Assembly: GCF_006345805.1 (NCBI RefSeq) | Contig: NC_043003.1 | Span: 97,712,001 to 97,776,000 of the forward strand | Direction: 5' to 3' | Length of the DNA stretch: 64,000 nt | DNA from: Octopus sinensis | Lineage: Eukaryota | In this document: piece by piece, positions 36,820 through 50,015 of the stretch | How the letters are laid out: each line of letters opens with the position of its first letter | Numbering within the stretch: the first letter of the stretch is position 1 | Notes under the pieces: generated by a model | Seen by the model: the letters and a program-made list of their open reading frames with translations, nothing else | What the model was told of the DNA's origin: nothing | Databases searched by the model: none | Translations under genes and position numbers: made by a program

Positions 36820-37575
36820 TTACCTCCTCCTCCACTTCCTCGTCGTCCTCCTCTTCCTCCTCGTCCTCCTCTTCCACCTCGTCCTCCTCGTCGTCCTCCT
36901 CTTCCTCACCTTCCTCCTCCTCCTCGTCGTTCTCCTCTTCCTCTTCCTCACCTTCCTCTTCCTCCTTGTCGTCCTCCTCTTCCTCCTCCTCCCCTTCCTC
37001 CTCCTCCTCTTCCTCACCTTCCTCTTCCTCCTGTCGTCCTCCTCTTCCTCCCTGTCGTCCTCCTCTTCCTCCTCCTCCTCTTCCTCACCTTCCTCTTCCT
37101 CCTTGTCGTCCTCCTCTTCCTCCTCTTCCTCACCTTCCTCTTCCTCCTTGTCGTCCTCCTCTTCCTCCTCTTCCTCACCTTCCTCTTCCTCCTCGTCGTC
37201 ATCCTCTTCCTCGTCCTCTTCCTCGTCGTCGTCCTCTTCCTCCTCGTCCTCCTCTTCCTCCTCTTCATCTTCCTCCTCGTCCTCCTCTTCGTCTTCCTCC
37301 TCCTCCTCTTCCTCACCTTCCTCTTCCTCCTCGTCGTCCTCCTCGTCCTCCTCCTTGTCGTCCTCCTCCTCGTCCTCCTCTTCGTCCTCCTCCTCGTCGT
37401 CCTCCTCGTCCTCCTCCTCCTCGTCGTCCTCCTCCACGTCCTCCTCCTCCTCTTCCTCCTCTTCCTCCTCGTCGTCGTCATCGTCCTCCTCCTCCTCATC
37501 ATCATCATCATCTTTGGCATTATCATTTTTATAACTAGTAAAAATCTTTCTCCTTCCCTCTCCTTCCTTCCTTCC
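36820..37575 (+). repeat. (CCT/CTT/CGT)n compound polypyrimidine tract with higher-order units
   Basis: Starts ~40 nt after the EXOC1 exon 5 donor; source of several spurious ORFs. Confidence 0.95.
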
Positions 37576-37676
37576 TCCCTCCCTCCTTCCTTCCATTATT
37601 TCTTTTAGGTGACTTTTAGAATTTGATATTTATCTTAAAGATTCTTTGTAATTTTGATGCATTTCTCTGGTTCTAG

Positions 37677-37802
37677 GCCAACATCCATTCCATCATGGGC
37701 TCTGAAGATCAAGTTTTGAACCTGATGCGTTTACTTGATGATGGAATCCAGCAAGCTTCTGATATTGAAGCTAAACTCAATGGTTATGATGCTATTCTTA
37801 AA
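37677..37802 (+). CDS. EXOC1: EXOC1 coding exon 6
   Basis: ANIHSIMGSEDQVLNLMRLLDDGIQQASDIEAKLNGYDAILK (human ANIQSIMASEKQV); 126 nt, phase 0 to 0. Confidence 0.95.
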
Positions 37803-37983
37803 GTAAGTGTTTTTTCTATTGGTTTCTTTCTTTTGGGACATTTAAAATTTTTCTTTTAAAGCTTAGTATGGTGAGAACTGTAGAGGGTTACCTTAGCAAG
37901 ATAAGCACTGTAGACGGTTACTTCTTAGGAAACTTGAAACCATGATTCGATTCCTCCTAATTCATAGATATTTATCTTTATAG

Positions 37984-38431
37984 ACAGGCATGGCTATGTG
38001 GTAAGAAGCTTGCTTCCCAACAACATGGTTCCAGGTTCAGTCCCACTGCTTGGCACCTTGGGCAAGTGTCTTCTACTATAGCCTCAGGCTGACCAAAGCC
38101 TTGTGAGTGGATTTGGTAGACGGAAACTGAAAGAAGCCTGTCGTGCATATATATACACACACATACATACACACACACACACGCACACATACATATATGT
38201 ATGTATATATCTTTGTGTGTCTTTGTATCTGTGTTTGTCCCTCACTACTGCTTGACAACAAGTATGGGTGTGTTTATGTCTCCGTAACTTAACAGTTTGG
38301 CAAAGGAGACTGATAGAATAAGTACCAGGCTTTAAAAAGAAAAACAAGTACTGGGATTGATTCATTTGTCTAACATCCTTCAAGGTGGTGCCCTAGCATG
38401 GCCTCAGTCAAGTGACTAAAACAAGTAAAAG

Positions 38432-38432
<1 letters not shown>
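37984..38432 (+). mobile_element. Family-A SINE
   Basis: Both arms present, (CA)n/(TA)n spacer. Confidence 0.8.
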
Positions 38433-38485
<53 letters not shown>

Positions 38486-38499
38486 TACAACATCATCAT

Positions 38500-41400
38500 A
38501 TGTCTGCTTTGCAAGCTGGTACCAGCATTTATGTGCAAGCAGAATGTACAGTGCTATTTATAGGATACCTACTGAGGCATAATAGAGAAGCTGGTTAACT
38601 TCATTGGAAAATCTATCAACATTACCAGATCTTCACTTTTAATAACTCTGTAAATATCCAAAGTGGAACATCCACTGATTCTATTGCCCGGCTTGAAGAG
38701 GACAGTGAGCGTCTGATGACATTCTGAGTGCCAGGTGCCCAGTCTAAGCCTATCCTTTACCCAGGACTGCAGCTCCATCAAGGAGACGAGCTGTGGAAAG
38801 GCATGTCTCACAAACGGAGCCCACACACATTGACCTTCTAGAAATTTCTGCAGTTGGCACAACCTGAGTACATCTCTGTGCATTAAAAGACATGGCATGC
38901 CTAAGCTGCCACGCAAAGGAAGTTGGTAGCAGACCAACTACCTGATCATTGGTATGCATCCCTTCCACAAGGAAATAAACAGGATACGCTCCAATCTAAT
39001 GAAGCAGTAACTGGGGCATGGCACGATGGTCAGATGATAAATAATGACAGAGGTGATGTTGGCATTTGCCATCTCTGCCTGACCTTTCAGGGACAATTTC
39101 CTTTCTGCCCATTTGTGGGCAAGAGAGGTCACCCTGTTCGTCACCTCTTCCCAATTCTTATCCACCTGGAGGTTGGGACCAAATGAGACCCCAAACAGTT
39201 TAACTGGTCTGTTAGTCCAGCATCCGACACCGCTCTCCGATGGCATCGATCTGCCTTTCCAGGTGCTCAGTCACAATTCCACTGACTTGTCAGCATTGAT
39301 TTTTACCCCTGCAACCAACTCCTTTGCAATGGAGCTGACGGTCTTCATTTCAGAGGTGTACAACACCATAATGGTGATGTCGTCTGCATATGCAGATACT
39401 GCCCTCCTGAGTCCAATTTTGAAAGGGAGGCCAACTGTTCCAACTTCTGCAACAGTGGCTTGGAGCCTCCACATATAGAATAGGTGACAGCAGGTAGCCC
39501 TGACAAACCAAATATTTATGGAGACATAAATACACCAATACTTGTTGTCAATACTAAATGGTTCCGATAGGTGGCCATTTACTTTGACTACCGAGCAGGT
39601 GCCACTGTGCATTGCAGCAATCCAGCTTCTGAAAATGGATCCGAAACCGGCCCCTTTAAGGACGGCTTCCAAGTAGCGATGGTCTACCCTATCAAAAGCT
39701 TTTAACTGTTCTAAATTGATCGGGGGCCCCACCAAAACCAGCTTTAGTTCCAGCCTTCTCTATGATGTATTGCATAAAGTGAAGGTTGTTGTGGGGAGAC
39801 CTGCTTGGGATTGCACACGTTTGTGCCTCCCTGACCAGACTACCACTGACAAGCACCAACCTTTTCACTAACATCTTGGCCAAAATTTTAAACTTTGTGC
39901 TTAGCAGAGTTATGGGCTGAAAATCCCCTAGTATCCTTTCTCAGCCGTGTTACCATACCCCAGCTAACAGCACTAGGAATTCTCCCATTCTGCTGCCAGT
40001 TATTGTAAACCTCTACCAAGAAGCTGCCAAACAAATCTGGCATGAAAACAGAATTCGTAGAGCAGACCATCCAAACCAGGAGATTTGCGACTTGTGCAGT
40101 TGCTCATCCCTCCCATATTTGAGAGGCTGTAATCAGTTTTTTGCAGAATCTCATGTCTGTCACCGAGAGCCATGGTAGGCTGTCTAGATACAAAGTTTGC
40201 TACTGTTGTTGACCCATCACCTGCCTCGAACAGTGGTGTAAAGTGCTGCTGGAAAGCTGCACATATCCATCTTGATCTGTCAAAGACTTGATCATGGTTT
40301 TGTTTCCACATCACATCTCTACTGTTCAGGCCCATTAGATGGCTTTAGTTCCTATTAAGAGCCTTAGCTCTTAATACGTACCCTTCGTGTTTTGCCTCAA
40401 AGAAATGGTCAAGGGCCATTCTCACTGCTAGCCTCTTCTAGTTTACTCTTTACTCTCTCTTTTACTCTTTTACTTGTTTCAGTCATTTGACTGCGGCCAT
40501 GCTGGAGCACCGCCTTTAGTCGAGTAACTCGACCCCGGGACTTATTCTTTTTGTAAGCCCAGTACTTATTCTATCGGTCTCTTTTTGCCGAACCGCTAAG
40601 TGACGGGGACGTAAACACACCAGCATCGGTTGTCAAGCAATGCTAGCGGAACAAACACAGACACACAAACACACACACACACATATATATATACATATAT
40701 ACGACAGGCTTCTTTCAGTTTCCGTCTACCAAATCCACTCACAAGGCATTGGTCGGCCCGGGGCTATAGCAGAAGACACTTGCCCAAGATGCCACGCAGT
40801 GGGACTGAACCCGGAACCATGTGGTTGGTTAGCAAGCTACTTACCACACAGCCACTCCTGCTCACTAGTTCTTCTAATCTGATTCTTTCTATTGCTAAAT
40901 CTTTGTTCAACACTATCCATTATACTCTAATTGCTCTCGTCAGAGTGATCCACCACTGGTTGTTGACGATATCCCCTGTCAACTGCCACTAACCTGGTCC
41001 TCGTAGTCTTTGTGAGTCAGTAAGGATGCATTCAACTTCCAGTAACTGGGTCCCTATCTACAGGTCCTATCTAAATCAACTGAGTATATCACAAGTTTGT
41101 AATCTTTGTAGCTGACCAATTTAAATTATGGAGTACCTATGCTATTCCTATCCTCTGACCTAATGAATACGCTATCTAAATACAATCTGGATGACCTGCT
41201 GTGGTTGCTTCATGTCCACACTGGCACATCAGGGAAATCCAGTTGGTACTTGTCAGAAAGCTGGAAAGTCCTGAGCAGGTTTTCGAGGCTTTTACACCCA
41301 CTTCTACTATGTACTAAATTCACACAGTCTTTCCATGCATCCAAAATACTATTCCAGTCCCCCACTAATACTAAAGTTTGAGATGTTCTCAAGAATGTTT

Positions 41401-41645
41401 CTAGATGCCTGAAGAAATCTGGCCTTCCGGCCCCTGTTGAAGCATAAACTGTCATCAGTCTAAAGGCGCCACCTTTGCTGTCATTCATGTCCAGGACCAC
41501 CACCCTACCATCCAGATCCATGAAGATAGCCCGTACATGTAGATCTAAGGATTTTTGGAGTAGCACTGCTACACTGCCACCTGCTCCTGATAGACCATAA
41601 GATGAGAATACCTCATAGTCCTCGAAACAAAAGACCAGCACATCA
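38500..41645 (-). mobile_element. Decayed Tx1/L1-clade LINE (APE endonuclease plus RT), interrupted by a family-A SINE
   Basis: APE-like GRVVVLDM...FRLMTVYA...LVLVGDWNSILD (41210-41641); RT KSPGLDGL.YEF, KAFDRVDH.YL, SAYADDIT, PVKLFGVSFG; many frameshifts and stops. Confidence 0.88.
40441..40859 (-). mobile_element. Family-A SINE, young full-length copy
   Basis: CpGs are retained; (CTTTTACT)n tail; nested in the Tx1-like relic. Confidence 0.9.
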
Positions 41646-42209
41646 GAGACATTTTTTCTTATTGTATTCAGTTAAAACATATAGGACTGCTGCTTCATAG
41701 ACCTGTATAAAATTGTGTGTAATGATGAAATATGTTAATATAGTAATATACTTTTAATATGAGATAATGTTAATGATAATACATCAATATATGTAAAAAT
41801 CAATGATGATAATGATTTATCACAGACACACACGTATAACATCATCATCATTTAATGTCTGTTTTCCATGCTGGCATGGGTTGGACAGTTTGAGTAGAGC
41901 TGGCAAGCAGGATTGCTGCACCAGGTTCCTGTCTGATTTGGCTTGGTTTCTATAGCTGGATGCTCTTCCTAACACCAACCACTTTACAGAGTGTGGTAGG
42001 TGCTTTTTGCATTACACCAGTGTGTGTGTGCATGTACACGCACACACCCACACACTCACAAAAGAAAAGTACAATTTAGAATATGGGCAATCAAGTTTCT
42101 TATTGTGTCTATGTACATATTTATGTGTAATGTGCATCGTAATAAATGATAATGTGTGAAGCACACTTCCGAAGCTTATATATTTATCATAAACCTAATT
42201 TCAAAACAG

Positions 42210-42311
42210 AATGTAAAAGACCAGATGGAAGTAATGAAGGACAAAGACATACTCATCACATTGAGGAACAAAAACTATGAGAAGCTCTTACATGAACTGG
42301 ACACCTTGGTT
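42210..42311 (+). CDS. EXOC1: EXOC1 coding exon 7
   Basis: NVKDQMEVMKDKDILITLRNKNYEKLLHELDTLV; CAG/GTAAGT; 102 nt. Confidence 0.92.
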
Positions 42312-42579
42312 GTAAGTAAAACACAAATCAAAATTCATTTTCATTCTTTGTTGGATATCTTCCTTCTTGTTGAATCCATTTTACCTCCTTAGCTTACACC
42401 ATTTGTTTTTTGATAATTTTATTGTCAGAAGTATTGAATATGTAGCATCAAGGACTAACTATCATGTGTTTTTATGTTCTGTGTTCAGATATCATCAGAA
42501 TCAACTCAGCCTTTTACGTTTTGGGGTAGGTAAAAATAGATTGCCAATCAAGTACTAAATGTCAGTTTAATCCACTATA

Positions 42580-42843
42580 TATTTCTTTACTACCCACAAG
42601 GGGCTAAACACAGAGGGGACGAACAAGGACAGACAAAGGGATTAAGTCGATTACATCGACCCCAGTGCGTAACTGGTACTTAATTTATCGACCCCGAAAG
42701 GATGAAAGGCAAAGTCGACCTCGGCGGAATTTGAACTCGGAATGTATCGACAGACAAAATACGGCTACGCATTTTGCCCGGCCTGCTAACGTTTCTGCCA
42801 GCTCACCGCCTTTGCTAACGTTTCTGCTAGCTCGCTCGCTTAT
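42580..42843 (-). mobile_element. Family-B SINE with 16-bp target-site duplication and duplicated head
   Basis: AGTTTAATCCACTATA at 42564-42579 and 42844-42859; second partial head at 42813-42843. Confidence 0.9.
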
Positions 42844-45458
42844 AGTTTAATCCACTATAGTTTCCCCTCTACTCTTCCCTCCTCCCTCTTCAAATCTCTG
42901 GCTTTGTGCCAATGTCAGGATATCACTGTATTTACATATTTATTTATTTATTTTGAAAATTTACATAATTGCATATTGTTAGAGCTATAGTTTATACTGC
43001 TAGCATGTAGCCTTCTTTTAATGAAGCAGGAGTGAAATCTGTTATCAGTCAAGCACACTGATATAAGTATAGTTATGCATCTTGCCCATGGGTATAAACA
43101 AATGTTGAAGCATGTTGAGAACAGTATATTATATCAGACATGGGTAGCCTTTTTCAAGAAGTGAACTGCTTGAGATATGAATCATCATCAGGTGGGTCAT
43201 CATCATCATCATCATCATTTAACATCCGTTTTCCATGCTAGCATGGGTTGGACGGTTCAACTGGGGTCTGGGAAGCCAGAAGGCTGCGCCAGGCCCAGTC
43301 TGATCTGGCAGTGTTTCTACAGCTGGATGCCCTTCCTAACGCCAACCACTCCGTGGGTGTAGTGGGTGCTTTTTACATGCCACCGGCACAGGTGCTAGAC
43401 GAGGCTGGCTGTTAGACGAGGCTGGCTCACATTTCTAAAAAAGAAATTGAAGGTAATTTTTGTTGGGTATACTATTCCTGTGGGCTGCAGTTTGCCCGTG
43501 ACTATAAATGGTCACTTACTAGGGTTTATGTTTTCCATTTTTGTCCTGCCATCTATTTTTCCATTGTTAATGTGGCTAGGATAGATTTTGTGAATTTAAA
43601 CTTTTGCATATCCTTGGAGTAATTAGTTATTTACAGCTGGTTGGATGTTTCTAACTGTTCAACTGTGAAATAAGGACAGGCAAACAGATCATATGTCTTG
43701 CCCAACAGCTGTGATAGTAACTAGGCAAGGCATGCAAGAGTCTTTACATGGTTGCTTGATTTGCTAGAAATAGTAGCCAAATCTGCTTCAACTCACACCT
43801 TCTATCATGATGATCATGATGCTCTTTATCATTTTATGCCTGCTTTTCATGTTTTTATGGGTTTGGCAAGCTGTTATGGTCCAAATCACTTTTTAAGGGG
43901 AGCCTCTGCTCAAAATCTAGGTTCTCATTTGTATCCTTCGGCTTGATTTCTCTGGCTGGATAGCCTTCCTAATGCCAACCATTTTGACAGTGTAGTTAGT
44001 GTATTTTCTCACGGTACTATTACTAGAGAGGTTGGTACAACAGAGTACAAATGAGCCCTACCATTTTTTTAAAAAAAGGAGGGAAGGACACTTCAGATAA
44101 GGTACTCCTAGATACATTATGGTTAAAAAAGGACAATAGTCACAGCTGAAATGCATTTCATTGAAAGTTAGCTGACTTGAAGCTAAACAAGAGCATGAGG
44201 TTTGAACTCAGTACCATGTGGTCAGTACTCACCACACCTTTGTTTCGCAGTCATTATCACCTAAATTTAGTAAAACTCCATTATGAGGGAGTGTCTTAAT
44301 GGTTGCTTGATTTGTTAGAAATAGTAGCAAAATCTCCCTCAAACCACATACCTGTGACTCCAATCTTAAAAGATGAAGTAATGGCTGAGGTTCTGGGTAC
44401 ATTTTGTCTGAAAAAAAAACATGAGACTTGAGATGCTCATTGCTGGAATATTTTAGATGATATATCTGGTAAGTGAAGGCCGATCTGAGTCACAACAAGG
44501 ACAATAGCAATAATACTCTCCATGGCAGAAAATCAAACTGTATTTATCGTTGTAGTAGGCAGGTATTTAGTACTACTATTATAAAATCAAGTAATGATTT
44601 ATGGATTAATATTTTGTTGTGTGTGTTTTTGTATTTTACTTGCTGGGTCTGGAGGAAGGAGCAGTGCTCATGGCTTTTGCAGGCTCTTCGAAAACAGTGA
44701 TATATTATGCAAGACAGTAACTGTAGGAAAGACATGAGTAGCAGGAAGATTCTAGAGGCTGACATTCTGGGTAAGAAGGACTATACATAGTGGTTATGTA
44801 AGGCCTGGGAGGGTTGGATGCAACATCAGTGATAATAGTTTCAAATTTTGGCACAAAGGCCCACAGTTTTAGGGGAGAGGAATAGTCAATTACTTTGACT
44901 CCCCAGTGCACAACTGGTACTTATTTTGTTGACCCTGAAAGGATGAAAGATGAAAGGCAAAGTTGATCTTGGCATTACTTGAACTTTGAACTCAGAAAGT
45001 AAAGAGCTATATGCAACGCTGCTAAGCATTTTGCCAGGCATGCTAATAATTCTGCCAGCTCACCATTTTAACACAGACATAGGTAATAATGGTCTCAAAG
45101 TTCGGCTGATGGTCTAAGTCGATTAGATCGACCCCAGTACTTCAGTGGTACTTATGTTATCAACATCGAAAGGATAAAAGGCAAAGTTGACCCTGGTGAC
45201 ATTTGGATTCAAACTGTAAAGATGGACAAAATACTGCTAGGCTTGTTGCCTAGCATGCTGGCAATTCTGCCTAGTTGTCACCTTACACAACATTGGTAAT
45301 AATAAGAGAAGGGGTGAGTGAGTGAGATCTGTATATGTGTGTGTGTGTGTGGTGTATTTTGTTTCTTGTTTCTTTCTCTTTTGCTTTGTTATAAACAGTC
45401 TACATTTGTATAGATTGAGCAGATGTATTAATGTATTTCTCTCTAATTTCTCAACTAG

Positions 45459-45591
45459 AGCACGTTGGACCTTGACATCAAACATACGAGAGCCCTTATG
45501 GATGGAGATCTGCTAACACCTACTGGAATATATGAGTGCACAGCAGCCGCAGAAGCTCTTCAAAAGTGTGTACATGCAAATATACATCCAG
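45459..45591 (+). CDS. EXOC1: EXOC1 coding exon 8
   Basis: STLDLDIKHTRALMDGDLLTPTGIYECTAAAEALQKCVHANIHP; TAG/GTAAAT; 133 nt, phase 0 to 1. Confidence 0.93.
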
Positions 45592-45795
45592 GTAAATCAC
45601 ATCAGACACAGATCTGGTTTTTGTTATTTTGTAATTGTTTGACTTCTGTTTTTTTTTAATGTATAGTGAGTGTTTTTTGTTGTTGTGGTTGTTGTTTAAC
45701 TGCCAAGTTGTCTCTGAGCAAACTTATAATCAAAGATATTCCTGTCTTGATCATTCTATATTTTCCTAGAATCTAGGACTATCATATTGTATGAG

Positions 45796-46923
45796 TACTT
45801 TTTCCCCCTAGATGATCTGAGAGAAATTTGGCTGCTATTTCTAGGAAACCAACTGGCCATGTACAGGCTCTCTTAATATTATGCTTTTACCTTTTTTTTT
45901 TGTTGATATTCAAGCCACCTGAGTGAGGTGCTACCTCCTCATCACCACTGGAGATACCTCTAATTCATTCTAACTCTCTCCCCTAAATGTGAGAAGCCAT
46001 GTAGCTCCTCTATGAGAACTCACTCTACCCCAACCTCTTACCTCGTACCTTAACCCCCATCTAACATACAGATGTAGCACACATACCCTCGATTCATTGA
46101 CTTATGAGCTGCCTCAGTAGTGTCAGTGACATGGAAAAAGCTCCCAGTACACATTGTCTAGTGGCTGGCATAGGGAAGGACATCCAGATGTAGAAACCAT
46201 GCCAAAGCAGACACTGGAGCATGATGCATTCCTTTGACCCATTGGATCCTTGTTAAACCATTCAACCCTTGCCAGCATAGAACATGGATGTTAAATGATG
46301 ATGATGATGATTTGTTTATATTAGGCATTGACAAACTGTGGCACACGTGACTTTCTAAATGGCACACTTAAAAAAAATTCTTTTAGTAGAGTGATTTGCC
46401 TGATAATGATCCCTGTCTTCTGTGGTCTGTTTTATGCAAAAGGTTGCTCATACTTATGGTAACTGGGGTTACCACCAGAAATCATATAGTTTGAGATGAG
46501 GTATTTTGTTTTCTTCATTGAAACATTTATCCCATTTTTAGAGGATCATATATGGCAGAAGACGAGTAGGCTTAATGTAATAAATAATGTTGTGAAAGAA
46601 ATAAGCCTCTGGCAAGTGGTCACCCTAATCTGGTTTTGATTCATCATCATCATCATCATTGTTTAATGTCCGCTCTCTATGCTGGCATTGGTTGGATGGT
46701 TTGACATGGTGCTGGTTACCAGGGAGCTGTCCAGACTCCAGCAAACTGTTAGAATGAATTAGAGGTATCTCCAGTGGTGATGGGGAGGTAGCACCTCACT
46801 CAGGTGGCTTGAATATCAACAAAAAAAGGTAAAAGCACAATATTAAGAGAGCCTGTACATGGCCAGTTGGTTTCCTAGAAATAGCAGCCAAATTTCTCTT
46901 AGATCATCTAGGGGAAAAAGGTA
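45796..46923. repeat. Inverted duplication of ~178 bp (arms 45796-45974 and 46748-46923, 773-bp spacer)
   Basis: About 3 substitutions plus homopolymer length differences; the second arm interrupts a family-C element. Confidence 0.9.
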
Positions 46924-47049
46924 TGGTTTCTATGGCTGAATAGCCTTCCTAATGTCCACCACTTAACAGAGTGTGCTGGGTGCTTTGTACATGCTACCGG
47001 CATGGGTGTGTTTATGCAGCACCAGTACTTAACAAGTGCGTTAATGCAA

Positions 47050-47437
47050 CACTGGCACAGGTGATTTTTAAGTGGGCCCCAGCACCTGAAAGGGCAAGTG
47101 TGGAAGATGGCAATTTTACTTACCTAGACACATCTTATCAAGTACAGCAAATTACCACATCTTCTGCTCCTTTGTCATTTTTCTCAGTGAGGCCCAGCAT
47201 CTGAAGATCCTTTCTCACCACTTCATCTCACACCTTCTTGGGTCTACTTCTTCCACAGGTACCCTCCACAATTAGAGCTCAGCACTTCTTTACACTGCTG
47301 TCCTCATCCCTCCTCCTCTCCTCCACCCCTCTTCTCTCCTCCGTATCCACCTCCACTTCTTCTTCCTCCTCCCCTTCCCCTTCTCTTTTTTCTTCCTCTT
47401 CTTCTTCCTCTTCTTCTTCTTCTTCCTCTCTTCTTCC

Positions 47438-47473
<36 letters not shown>

Positions 47474-47638
47474 TTCTTCCTCTCTTCTTCTTCTCTTCCT
47501 CTCTTCTTCTTCCCTTCTTTTTTTTCCTCTTCTTCTTCCTCTCTTCTTCTTCCTCTTCTTCTTCTTCTTCTCTCTTCTTCTTCTTCCTCTTCTTCTTCTC
47601 TTCTTCTTCTTCCTTTCTTTTCTCTCTTCTTCTTCTCT

Positions 47639-47670
<32 letters not shown>

Positions 47671-49450
47671 TTCCTCTTCCTCCTCTCTCTCCTACTCTTC
47701 CTCTTCTTTTCTTCTTCCTCTTCCTCCTCTTCTTCTTCCTACTCTTCCTCTTCTTCTTCTTCTTTTCTCTTCCTTCTTCTTCTTCTTCTCTCTTTCTTTT
47801 TTCCTCTTCTTCCTCTTCTTCTTCTTCTCTTCCTATTCTTCTTCTCTTTTCTTCTTCTTCCTCTCTTCTTTCTCTCTCTTCTTCTCTTCTTCTTCTTCTT
47901 CTACTCTTCTTCTTCTTCCTCTTCTCTCCTTTTTCTTCTTCTCTTCTTTCTTCCTCTTCTCTTCCTCTCTTCTTTCCTCTTCTTTTCTTCTTCTTCTTCT
48001 CCTCTTCCTCCCCTCTTCTTCCTACTCTTCCTCTTCTTTTCTTCTTCCTCTTCCTCCTCTTCTTCTTCCTACTCTTCCTCTTCTTCTTCTTCTTCTCTTC
48101 TCTTTTTCTTTCTTCTTCTCTTTCTCCTTCTCCCCCTCCTTTCTTCTCTCCTCTTCTTTTCTACTCTTCCTCTCCTCTTCTTCTTCCTACTCTTCCTCCT
48201 TCCCTCTTCTTCTTCCTACTCTTCTTCTTCCTCCTCTTCTTCTCCTCTCTTCCTCTCTTCTTCTTCTTCTCCTCTTCCTCTCTCCTCTTTCTCCTACTCC
48301 TTTCCTCCTCTCTCTTCTTCTCCTCTCTTCTTCTTCCTCGCTTCTTCTTTTCTTCCTTCTTCTTCTCTTTCTTCTTCTTCTCCTTTCTCTTCCTCTCCTC
48401 TCTTCCCTCCTCCTCTCTTCTTCTTCTTCTTTCCTTCTTCTTCTCCTCCTCCTCTTCTTCTTCCTACTCTTCCTCCTCTTCCTCCTCTTCCCCTCCTCTT
48501 CTTCTCTTCTTCTTCCTCTTCTCTCCTCTCTTCTCTTCCTACTCTCCTCCTCTTCTTCTTCCTACTCTTCCTCCTCTTCTTCTTCCTACTCTTCCTCCTC
48601 TTCTTCTTCCTACTCTTCCTCCTCTTCTTCTCTTCCTCTTCTTCTCTTCCTCCTACTCTTCCTCTTCTTCTTCCTCTTCTTCTTCCTACTCTTCCTCTTC
48701 TTCTCTTCCTCCTACTCTTCCTCTTCTTCTTCCTCTTCTTCTTCCTACTCTTCCTCTTCCTCCTTCTTCCTACTCTTCCACTTCTTCTTCTTCTTCTTCT
48801 TCTTCTTCTCTTCCTCTTCCTACTCTTCCTCTTCTTCTTCTTTTTCTTCTTCTTCTCTTCTTCTTTCTCTTCTTCTTCTTCTTCTTCTTCTTCTCTTCTT
48901 CTTCTTCTCTTCCTCTTCTTCTTCTTTTTCTTCTTTTCTCTTCATCTTCTTCCTACTCTTCCTCTTCTTCTTTTCTTCTCTTCTTCTTCTTCTTCTCTTC
49001 CTCTTCTTCTTCTTCTTCTCCTTCTCTTCCTCTTCTACTTCCTCTTCTTCTCTTCTTCTTCTTCTTCTTCTTCTTCTGTATCATATGACCAAACCAGCAC
49101 AGTCTTCTCTCTTGCATACAACATCTGATGCCTCTTAATTCATTTAAATTCTGTCGTGCATGCACACTGTCATTACCCATTCCATGGAGCATGCTAGCTT
49201 CATTTCTTTCAAACCTTTACAAGTCCTCTGTAGTCAAAGCCCATGTTTTGCTGCCATGTAACATAACTGTGTGTACACAGGCATCATACAATCTGCCTTT
49301 CACTCTGAGGGAGAGGCCCTTATTTACCAGCAAAGGTAGAAGCTCTCTGAACTTTGCTCAGCCTGTTCTTATCCTAGCAACTACATTTTCAGAACTTCCT
49401 CTACCCACTGCTAACTTGGTCTCTTAGGTAACAGAAGTTGTCTTCTACTT
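47050..49450 (-). mobile_element. RTE LINE relic split by a 1.77-kb (CTT/CCT)n expansion at 47310-49077
   Basis: Minus-strand ...RRLCWFGHMI|tract|DEDSSVKKC...GRSRPKKV...VRKDL resumes across the tract. Confidence 0.8.
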
Positions 49451-49551
49451 CTAATGATCACCCTATATCACTTAATGCCATTTAGAAGAGCATGATTGCT
49501 GCAACATCCCATTACCAATTTCTAAAATGCACCAAGTGAAAATCAAAATAA

Positions 49552-49848
49552 TCATCCTGCTGGTCTTCTTCTTCTTCTTCTCCTCCTCCTCCCCATCTTC
49601 TCCTCCTCCTCTTCCCTATCTCCTCCTCCTCCTCCTCCCTCCCCCTCCCCTGCTTCTTTTTCCTCTGCTTCCTCTTCTTCTTTGTCTTCTTCCTCTTCTT
49701 CTTGTCTTCTCCTCTCCTCCCCCCTCATTCTCCTCCTCCTCCTCGCCCTCCTCCTCCCCTCCTCCCCCTCCTCCTCCTCCTCCTCCTCCTCCTCTCCTCC
49801 TTCTTCTTCTTCTTCTTCTTCTTCTTCTTCTTCTTCTTCTTCTTCTTC

Positions 49849-49887
<39 letters not shown>
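49552..49887 (+). repeat. (CCT/CTT)n tract followed by (TAA)13 directly upstream of the EXOC1 exon 9 acceptor
   Basis: Visible directly in the sequence. Confidence 0.95.
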
Positions 49888-49888
<1 letters not shown>

Positions 49889-49905
49889 CTTTTCTTCACT
49901 TTCAG

Positions 49906-50015
49906 CCCTTCAAAAGATGAAAGCTGTCGTTGAACAACAGGACAGGTTTGAAAAGTTTACCAACCAGTTTGCCAAAAGGCTCATTCACCACCTTAATAAT
50001 CTCTTCATACATCAG
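49906..50015 (+). CDS. EXOC1: EXOC1 coding exon 9
   Basis: (A)LQKMKAVVEQQDRFEKFTNQFAKRLIHHLNNLFIHQ (human FARRLASHLNNVFVQQ); 110 nt. Confidence 0.95.

Noticed and set aside
47238-49088. 616-aa ORF (and 36487-37608, 36820-37596, 31799-32143, 49527-50021)
   Set aside because: Products of (CTT/CCT)n tracts that lack stop codons; only the embedded EXOC1 exons are real.
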